Positions 57,222 to 64,000 of a stretch of DNA of 64,000 nucleotides are shown here, in pieces (within the stretch, counting starts at the first letter, position 1; every line of letters starts with the position of its first letter). The translations under genes were made by a program, and so were the position numbers. The stretch is from contig JAWLHJ010000005.1 of the NCBI GenBank assembly GCA_041690395.1, forward strand, positions 416,001-480,000, read 5' to 3'. The notes under the pieces are model-generated. The model saw only the letters and a list, made by a program, of their open reading frames with translations. It was not told the DNA's origin and searched no databases. The DNA is from Longimicrobiales bacterium (lineage in GTDB: Bacteria; Gemmatimonadota; Gemmatimonadetes; Longimicrobiales; Gaopeijiaceae).

Positions 57222-59887
57222 GGCTTCCGGACGGCTTCCGGCGGACCACGCCGCCCGAGCTATCCGGCGGCGGCAGCGAGGTCGAGGAGGAGATCCGCTT
57301 CCATATCGAGTCGCGCGTCGACGAGCTCGTGGCCGAGGGGGTGCCGGAGGCCGAGGCGCGCCGGCGAGCGGAGCGGGAGTTCGGGGACCGGGCGCACATG
57401 GTGCGTCGCACGGAGCGGGAATCACGAGGTGGAGGGGAGGCGACGATGCGGGTGATGCGGTGGATGGGCGAAGCGGGGCGCGACGTGCGGCTGGCCATGC
57501 GACAGGTGCGCCGGAATCCGGGACTCTGGGCGGCGGCGCTGGTGACGCTGGCCCTCGGCGTCGGCGGCACGACGTCCGTCTACTCGGTGGTCCAGGGCGT
57601 GCTCCTGCGGGCGCTCCCGTATCCGGACGAGGAGCGCGTCGTGCGCATCTGGCCGGCCGCCCCGGACGACGTGGACGGTGGCCGGCAGTCCTGGTCGGTG
57701 CCCGACCTCGACGACTGGCGGGAGCGGTCGGAGTCCCTCGCGGCGATCGGCGGGTACACCTCGACCCTCGCGGGACTCGTCATTCCCACCGAATCGGGAG
57801 CGCCGGAGGAGGTCCGGACCGCATACGTGACGTCCGGTTTCTTCGAGGCGCTCGGCACCGCTCCGGTCGTGGGTGGCACGCTCCCCCCCGAGGCGGAGGA
57901 AGGCGATCCCCGGGTGGTGGTCCTGTCGCAGGGGTTCTGGCAGCGACGGTTCGGGGGCGATCCCGACGTGGTCGGGCAGGTGCTGGACGCGCAGCAGGGC
58001 GCCTACCGGATCGTCGGCGTGATGCCGGACGGCTTCGGGTTCCCCGATCCCGACACGGAGCTCTGGACGTTCCTGGCGAACGTCGACCAGACGTCCGTGC
58101 CGTGGCTCCTCCGGCAGGTCCGGGTGTTCGACGCCGTTGCACGGATCGCGCCGCGGACGGGCGCGGCCGACGAGGACCTCGCCACCGCCGAGCAGGAGCT
58201 GGCCGAGGTGGCCCGCGGCATCGCCGCCGATGTGCCCGAGACGAACGCCGGCATCACGTCGGTCGAGTTGATACCGATCCGGACGGCTGTCGTCGGCGAT
58301 GTACGGACGCCACTCCTCATCGTGCTGGCCGCGGTGGCGCTCACACTGCTCATCGCGTGCGCCAACGTCGCCAACCTCCTGCTGGCGCGCGGGGCGGGCC
58401 GCCAGCGCGAGTTCGCGGTGCGGGCCTCGCTGGGGGCGGGTCGGGGCCGCCTCGTCCGGCAGGTGCTGGCCGAAGGGCTGCTGCTCGGGGTGCTCGGCGG
58501 GGTCGCGGGCATGCTGCTGGCGGCGTTCGCGGTTCCGGCGCTGCTGTCCCGCGCCGGAGCGCTGATCCCGCGCAGCCAGGCCGTGACCGTCGACGCCGGC
58601 GTCCTCCTGGCGGCGCTCGCGGTCTCGGTCGGGACGGGGCTGCTCGTCGGCCTTCTTCCCGCGCTGCGGGTGGGCCGGAGATCGCTCGGGGCGGCCGGCC
58701 GCGGCGGAGGCGGGAGCGGTGACGGCGTCGAGGCGCGGGGGCTGCTCGACGGGCTGGTGTTCGCGGAGGTGGGCCTGGCGGTCGTGCTCCTCGTGGCGGG
58801 CGGGCTGCTCATGCGGAGCTTCATCGAGCTGCGGACCGTCGATCCGGGCTTCGAGCCCGAGGGTCTGCTCGTGGCGGACATGGTCGTGTCCGGCTACGAG
58901 GACGCGGAAGACTACATCGGATTCCGGGACCGCTTCCTCCAGCGCCTCGAAGCGCTGCCCGGTGTGCTCGGGGCGACCACGGCCAAGGAGTTCCCCACGC
59001 GCGGCATGGGGGAGCAGTGGGCATGGCGCCTGCGGGGTGAGCCGGAGCCGCTGCCGGGCGAGGCCCGCACGGCGCAGGCCCTCCACGTCCACCGGGACTT
59101 CTTCGAGGTCATGCGGATCCCGCTCGTGCGGGGGACGTTGCCGGGCACCGATCCCGAGCTGTCGGTGATCATCAACGAGCGCCTGGCCCGCTCCGCGTTC
59201 GGCTCGGCGGACGACGCGGTGGGCTCGGTCATGGTCGTGAGCGGCATGGAGATCCCGGTGCGAGCCGTCGTGGGCGACGTGCTCCACGCCGATCCGGCCG
59301 CCGAGCCGCCCCCGATGATCTACGTGGACGACCGCATCAACACCCGCCGGGTCTTCGCCTTCGTGGTCCGCACGGACGGTGATCCGCTGGCGCTGGCCGA
59401 GCCGTTCCAGCGGACCCTCACCGAGCTCGACGACCGCCAGCCCATCCGCACCCTGTACACCGGCGAGTCGGCGTACGCCGAGGCCGTCGGCCGGCCCCGC
59501 TTCTTCGCGCTCGTCATGTCGATCTTCGCGGCGGCGGCGGCGCTGCTGGCGGCCGTGGGGATCTACGGCGTCGTGGCGTATACCGTGCGGCGGCGGACCC
59601 GCGAGATCGGGCTGCGACTGGCGCTCGGGGCGAATCAGGCCGGCGTGCGGCGCCTGGTCATCGGCGGTGCGCTCCGGCCGGTGCTGGGCGGGCTCGTGCT
59701 GGGCCTCCTCGTGGCCGCGGGGCTTTCGTCGGTGGTCCGGCGCCTCCTGTTCGGCATCCCCTCCATCGACCCGGTGACATACGGCGGCGTGGCGGCCGTT
59801 TTCCTCGCGGTCGCCCTCCTCGCGGCGTGGGTACCCGCCCGCGAGGCGAGCCGGGTCGATCCACGGGAGGCGCTCAGGGCGGAGTAG
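57218..59887 (+). CDS. ADOP-type duplicated ABC permease with N-terminal prefix domain (module 5)
   Basis: Prefix EEEIRFHIESRVDELVAEG....EARRRAEREFGD; LLIACANVANLLL; GIYGVVAY.V.RRTREIGLRLALGA. ATGA overlap with PadR. Confidence 0.95.
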   Translation: MRLPDGFRRTTPPELSGGGSEVEEEIRFHIESRVDELVAEGVPEAEARRRAEREFGDRAHMVRRTERESRGGGEATMRVMRWMGEAGRDVRLAMRQVRRNPGLWAAALVTLALGVGGTTSVYSVVQGVLLRALPYPDEERVVRIWPAAPDDVDGGRQSWSVPDLDDWRERSESLAAIGGYTSTLAGLVIPTESGAPEEVRTAYVTSGFFEALGTAPVVGGTLPPEAEEGDPRVVVLSQGFWQRRFGGDPDVVGQVLDAQQGAYRIVGVMPDGFGFPDPDTELWTFLANVDQTSVPWLLRQVRVFDAVARIAPRTGAADEDLATAEQELAEVARGIAADVPETNAGITSVELIPIRTAVVGDVRTPLLIVLAAVALTLLIACANVANLLLARGAGRQREFAVRASLGAGRGRLVRQVLAEGLLLGVLGGVAGMLLAAFAVPALLSRAGALIPRSQAVTVDAGVLLAALAVSVGTGLLVGLLPALRVGRRSLGAAGRGGGGSGDGVEARGLLDGLVFAEVGLAVVLLVAGGLLMRSFIELRTVDPGFEPEGLLVADMVVSGYEDAEDYIGFRDRFLQRLEALPGVLGATTAKEFPTRGMGEQWAWRLRGEPEPLPGEARTAQALHVHRDFFEVMRIPLVRGTLPGTDPELSVIINERLARSAFGSADDAVGSVMVVSGMEIPVRAVVGDVLHADPAAEPPPMIYVDDRINTRRVFAFVVRTDGDPLALAEPFQRTLTELDDRQPIRTLYTGESAYAEAVGRPRFFALVMSIFAAAAALLAAVGIYGVVAYTVRRRTREIGLRLALGANQAGVRRLVIGGALRPVLGGLVLGLLVAAGLSSVVRRLLFGIPSIDPVTYGGVAAVFLAVALLAAWVPAREASRVDPREALRAE

Positions 59888-59905
59888 GTGTTCCGATTCG
59901 CCTTC

Positions 59906-60051
59906 TCGGAAGTCGTTCGACTTTCGAACGATCTCTTCCCGGCACGACCACGACTGGCCCGGCTTTCGGATCGCGGAACGGCGCGGAGGGGCGACCGGCG
60001 CTCATCAGCGCAGCCCGCGCGCGAATCATTCGACTTTCGAACGACTTTCGA
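59906..60051. repeat. Dispersed inverted-repeat element (REPIN/MITE-like), copy 3
   Basis: TCGGAAGTCGTTCGACTTTCGAACGA (59906-59931) and TCATTCGACTTTCGAACGACTTTCGA (60026-60051), separated by 94 bp. Confidence 0.88.
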
Positions 60052-60090
60052 AGCTCTGCGGAAGGAGCCGAAGCCCGTTCGGCGGCGACA

Positions 60091-60152
60091 TACTACGAGT
60101 ATAGTTGACATCGGGCCCACCTCGTCGTATCCTGGCTACTAAGATACTAGTA
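60091..60152 (+). promoter_or_regulatory. blaI-like gene promoter flanked by two operator dyads
   Basis: TTGACA (60105-60110)-N17-TATCCT (60128-60133); ACTA-N6-TAGT dyads at 60092-60105 and 60138-60151. Confidence 0.8.
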
Positions 60153-60170
60153 CATCAGCCAGGAGGCCCG

Positions 60171-60545
60171 ATGGACGTCCGCTTCACCGAGCGAGAGCTC
60201 GACCTGATGAACGTGCTCTGGGACCGGGGCCCGTCGACCGTGACCGAGGTGCGCGAGGCCCTGCAGGACGACCTCGCGTATACCACGGTCCTGACGGTGT
60301 TGCGGGTCCTCGAAGAGAAAGGGCACGTGACCCACGCCACCGAGGGCCGGGCGCATCGGTACCGGGCACTGGTGGACCGCGAGGCCGCGGCCGGGAGCGC
60401 CCTGCGGCGGGTCAAGGAGCATCTGTTCTCGGGCTCCTCGGAGCTGCTCCTGACGCGCCTCGTCGAGGACCATCCGATGTCCGGCGACGAGCTCCGCCGT
60501 CTCAAGGACCTCCTCGATCGCCGGTTGGCGGAGGAGGAGCGATGA
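60171..60545 (+). CDS. BlaI/MecI/CopY-family repressor
   Basis: ERELDLMNVLWDRGPSTV.EV....LAYTTVLTVLRVLEEKG.V....GRAHRY, LFSGS. AGGAGG RBS. Confidence 0.95.
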   Translation: MDVRFTERELDLMNVLWDRGPSTVTEVREALQDDLAYTTVLTVLRVLEEKGHVTHATEGRAHRYRALVDREAAAGSALRRVKEHLFSGSSELLLTRLVEDHPMSGDELRRLKDLLDRRLAEEER

Positions 60546-61807
60546 CGATCCCGATCATGGGCTTCCTGCTCCTGGTGTCCGCCATGGCGGCGGCGGCAGC
60601 CTGGACGGCCGAGAAAGGCCTCCGGTTGGCCGGACTCCCCGCTCGGTTTCCCTGGATGGCCGCGATGGTGGCGGGCCCCGCCCTGCTCGTGGCTTACGCG
60701 GTCCTCCCCGCCGGGGGCTTGGCCGCGGGGCCTGCGGGCGTCCCCGCTGGGCTCGTCATCGAGATCCCCGGACTGGAGCTGGGCGGCGCGACGGGCGTGG
60801 GCGTGACGCTGGAGCGGGCCGCGATCGTGCTGTGGCTGCTGTCCGGTCTCACCGTATTCGTGGTGCTCCTCCGAAGCCACCTCGCCCTCCGGAAGGCGCG
60901 CGGCAGCTGGCGGCCGGAGGTGGTGCACGGTCACCCGGTCTTCGTGTCCGCGTCGCTCGGCCCCGCCGTCGCGGGCGTCCTCCGACCCCGGACGGTCCTC
61001 CCCGCCTGGGCGCTCGAGCTGCCCGACGACCAGCTCAGGCTCGTTCTGGCGCACGAGAAGGAGCACGAGCGGGCGCGAGACCCGCAGTGGCTCGCCGCGG
61101 CGCTGCTGGTCGTAGGCGCGACCGCATGGAACCCCTTCGGCTGGTGGGCGCTCCGGCGCCTCAGGAGCGCGGTCGAGATCGATTGCGACCGACGGGTCCT
61201 GCGGCGCATGCCGACCACGAAAACCTACGGGGAGAGCCTGCTCGCGGTCGCGGCACGCATGCCCCGGTCGAGCATGGCTCTGGCCGCGTTCACCGAGTCA
61301 TCCCATTCCCTCGAACGGAGGTTGATCGCCATGACGACGCGCATATCCCGCGGCACGCAGATCACCGGTGTCGCCCTACTGGTGGCCGCCGCGCTCCTCG
61401 CCGTCCAGGCATGCGGGGTCGAGAGTCCGCTCACGGAGGCGGACGGAGCCCAGGAGGGCGCGACCGGCCCGGCCGTCGAGGCGAACCTGGCCTCCGGCCC
61501 CCAGTTCACTCCGTTCACGGACCCGCCGCAGATCACCAACCGGGACGAGGTCATCGAGGCGATGGAGCGTGAGTACCCGCCGCTTCTGCGTGAGGCGGGC
61601 ATCGGCGGCACGGTGCGCGTGTACTTCTTAATCACCGAGACCGGGCGGGTCGGGGAGCGGCGCATCGACCTGAGCAGCGGTCACGAGGCTCTCGACCGGG
61701 CCGCCCTGAACGTCGCCGAGGTCTACCGGTTCTCGCCTGCGCTGAACCGGGAGGACGCCGTCCCGGTCTGGGTCTCCTTCCCGATCACGTTCCAACCCGA
61801 CTCATGA
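60542..61807 (+). CDS. BlaR1-like M56 metallopeptidase fused to a TonB C-terminal domain
   Basis: GPAVAG, LAHEKEH (HExxH), WNP..WW, EIDCDRRV, LERRL..M, then YPPLLREAGIGGTV...SSGHEALDRAAL...F.PA...VWVSFPITF. Confidence 0.9.
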   Translation: MTIPIMGFLLLVSAMAAAAAWTAEKGLRLAGLPARFPWMAAMVAGPALLVAYAVLPAGGLAAGPAGVPAGLVIEIPGLELGGATGVGVTLERAAIVLWLLSGLTVFVVLLRSHLALRKARGSWRPEVVHGHPVFVSASLGPAVAGVLRPRTVLPAWALELPDDQLRLVLAHEKEHERARDPQWLAAALLVVGATAWNPFGWWALRRLRSAVEIDCDRRVLRRMPTTKTYGESLLAVAARMPRSSMALAAFTESSHSLERRLIAMTTRISRGTQITGVALLVAAALLAVQACGVESPLTEADGAQEGATGPAVEANLASGPQFTPFTDPPQITNRDEVIEAMEREYPPLLREAGIGGTVRVYFLITETGRVGERRIDLSSGHEALDRAALNVAEVYRFSPALNREDAVPVWVSFPITFQPDS

Positions 61808-61962
61808 CCCGATGAAAGGTGGGTCCGGGCCACCCCTGGCCCGGGCCTGCCCGCGGACGTCGCTCGACGACCTGTCCGGGGGCTTCGGGACGCGACGCTG
61901 GCACGCTCCCTGCTCCGATACGAGCTTTGGAGCGTGCCCCGTACACCAACTTCGGAGGTTCC

Positions 61963-63141
61963 GTGTCCCGCGCCCGTTTCGTGTTTCCGGTGATCGCGCT
62001 GCTGTCCGTGGCGGCCTGCGGCACCAACGACGTCCCCAGCGGCGTCATCACCGACCGGTTGGCCGCCGAGCTCGAGCTCGTCGTGGACGGACTCGACGCG
62101 CCCGTCTTCGTGACCACCGCGCCGGGGGACTTCGGGGACCGTCTGTTCGTGGTCGAGCAGGGGGGGCTGGTGCGCATCGTCGAGAATGGCACGCTGCTCT
62201 CCGAGCCGTTCCTGGATCTCACGGCGGAGGTGATGGCGGGCGGTGAGCAGGGGCTCCTGGGGCTGGCGTTCGACCCGGCGTACGGGGCCAACGGCTTCTT
62301 CTTCGTGAACTACACGGACCTGAACGGCGACACGCGCATCGTGCGCTACACGGTCTCGGCCGACGAGAACGTGGCGGACGAGAGCTCCGCGCTCGACATC
62401 CTGGTGGTCGAGCAGCCCTACGCCAACCACAACGGCGGCATGTTGGCCTTCGGTCCGTTCGACGACTACCTGTACGTGGGGCTGGGCGACGGCGGGGGCA
62501 CCGGAGATCCGGAGAACAACGCGCAGGATCCGAGCACGCTCCTCGGGTCCATGCTGCGCATCGACGTTCTCGGCGCGGACGCGGACGACCCGTACTTCAT
62601 CCCCTTCGGCAACCCGTTCGTGAACGTGCAGGAGTTCCGGGCCGAGGTCTGGTCGTTCGGCCTCCGCAACCCGTGGCGGTACTCGTTCGATCGCCAGACC
62701 GGGGATCTCTACATCGCCGACGTGGGCCAGAACGCGATGGAGGAGGTCTCGGTGCAACCCGCCTCGAGCGATGGCGGCGAGAACTACGGATGGCGGCGGA
62801 TGGAGGGGACGAGCTGCTACGACCCGTCGACGGGGTGCAACCAGGGCGGCCTGGTGCTCCCGGCCTACGAGTACCCGCATACGGAAGGGTGCTCGATCAC
62901 GGGCGGGTACGTGTACCGGGGCGACGCTATTCCCGAGCTGCAGGGCCGTTACCTGTTCGCCGATTACTGCGAGGGATGGGTCCGGAGCTTCCAGCTCGCC
63001 GGTGGGTCGGCGACCGACGTCCAGGACCACTCGGACGAGCTCGCGCCGGGCGGCAACGTCGTCTCGTTCGGACAGGACAACGAGGGCGAGCTGTACGTGG
63101 TCGAGCAGGGTGGGGCGGTGTACCGGATCGTCCCGAGCTAG
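61963..63141 (+). CDS. PQQ-dependent sugar dehydrogenase (GSDH/sorbosone family) lipoprotein
   Basis: GEQGLLGLAFDP, NHNGG.LAFGP, GSMLRID, GLRNPWRYSFD, ADVGQ..EE, SITGGYVYRG, SFGQD. Confidence 0.9.
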   Translation: MSRARFVFPVIALLSVAACGTNDVPSGVITDRLAAELELVVDGLDAPVFVTTAPGDFGDRLFVVEQGGLVRIVENGTLLSEPFLDLTAEVMAGGEQGLLGLAFDPAYGANGFFFVNYTDLNGDTRIVRYTVSADENVADESSALDILVVEQPYANHNGGMLAFGPFDDYLYVGLGDGGGTGDPENNAQDPSTLLGSMLRIDVLGADADDPYFIPFGNPFVNVQEFRAEVWSFGLRNPWRYSFDRQTGDLYIADVGQNAMEEVSVQPASSDGGENYGWRRMEGTSCYDPSTGCNQGGLVLPAYEYPHTEGCSITGGYVYRGDAIPELQGRYLFADYCEGWVRSFQLAGGSATDVQDHSDELAPGGNVVSFGQDNEGELYVVEQGGAVYRIVPS

Positions 63142-63159
63142 CGCCGGCCCGCTTTCGCC

Positions 63160-64000
63160 TCAGGGCCTCATGGGCGGAACGACCTCGACCTCGCCGAAGT
63201 CACGCAGCTGGGGGAGCGCCACCTCGGGATCCCCCGTGACCACGAGCAGCATGTCGTCCGGGCGGAAGTAGTCGCGCGCCGTCCGCTGCACGTCCTCCGG
63301 CGTGACCGCCTGGATCCGCTCGACGTAGTCCGTCAGGTACTCCGGCGGCAGCCCGTGGAGGTCGAGGTACGAGAGCTGTCCGACGATCCCGGCCCGGCTC
63401 GAGTTCTGCAGCACGAAGATGCCGCCGAGGTAGTTGCGGATCCCCGCGAGCTCGGCCTCCGGCGGCGCCTCCTCCCTCAGCCGCTCGATCTCGGTCAGGA
63501 TCTCCGTGACGGCGGGGCCGGTCACGTCCGACGCGACGTCGGCCGTCTGGACCCAGTAGGCGGACCGGTATCGGCTCGAGACGAGGCTCTGCGGCGAGTA
63601 GGTGTAGCCTTTGTCCTCGCGGATGTTGCGCGTGATGCGTGAGCCGAAGGCGCCGCCCAGGAGCGCGTTCGTGACCTGGAGGCGCACGTAGTCCTCGTGG
63701 GAGGGGTCGACCACCGGGAGCCCCAGGTAGATCGTCGACTGTGGGGCGTCCGGGCGCTCGACCAGCACCACTCCCGAGGGGGTCGCGGCCGTCACGGGCT
63801 CGGGGGCCGTCGCCGACCCGCCCGACCAGGAATCGAACGCCTCCTCGACCGCGGCTCGGACCTCGCCGGCGTCGAAGCGGCCGTTTACGTACAGGTGGGC
63901 GCCCGCCGGGGCGTACTGCTCCGACCAGAACGACCGGATGGCGTCGAGCGTGAAGCCCTCCACGACGTCGACGGTGGGCAGGGGCCGCCCGTACGGGTGA
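63160..64000 (-). CDS. M16 (insulinase/pitrilysin-family) peptidase subunit, C-terminal part; 5' end beyond the window
   Basis: HPYGR at the window edge; NALLGGAFGSRITRNIREDKGYTY; I.AVTPEDVQ..A..Y. Confidence 0.88.
   Translation of the reverse strand, partial: HPYGRPLPTVDVVEGFTLDAIRSFWSEQYAPAGAHLYVNGRFDAGEVRAAVEEAFDSWSGGSATAPEPVTAATPSGVVLVERPDAPQSTIYLGLPVVDPSHEDYVRLQVTNALLGGAFGSRITRNIREDKGYTYSPQSLVSSRYRSAYWVQTADVASDVTGPAVTEILTEIERLREEAPPEAELAGIRNYLGGIFVLQNSSRAGIVGQLSYLDLHGLPPEYLTDYVERIQAVTPEDVQRTARDYFRPDDMLLVVTGDPEVALPQLRDFGEVEVVPPMRP

Noticed and set aside
59906..60051. Element length (146 bp) equal to nucleosome core DNA
   Set aside because: Probably a coincidence. The conserved flanks extend beyond 146 bp and no histone-like gene is recognisable here.

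Overview
High-GC (roughly 70% by eye), gene-dense bacterial chromosome segment with about 52 credible genes and no rRNA, tRNA, CRISPR array, transposase or phage genes. The gene content suggests a Gemmatimonadota/Acidobacteriota-type organism; this is an inference. Main contents: five PadR + ADOP-type 'orphan' ABC permease pairs, a complete hutH-hutU-hutG-hutI operon, a SusC-SusD-lipoprotein-multiheme cytochrome c/TPR operon, a LytS/LytTR pair split by an inverted gene, a BlaI + BlaR1(M56)-TonB pair, a DUF305 + LVIVD pair and many exported hydrolases. Two signals stand out. (1) Three dispersed copies of an unannotated non-coding element of 145-146 bp, with 26-bp self-hairpinning inverted arms, a fixed 93-94 bp spacing and a diverged interior (REPIN/MITE-like). 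(2) The five PadR-ADOP modules. No cognate ATPase gene lies in the window, and each module combines its own PadR subtype, N-terminal permease prefix and upstream operator-like sequence, which suggests a family of insulated membrane-sensor/repressor signalling circuits. Product calls come from motif recognition only; no database searches were run. Start codons were chosen by eye.
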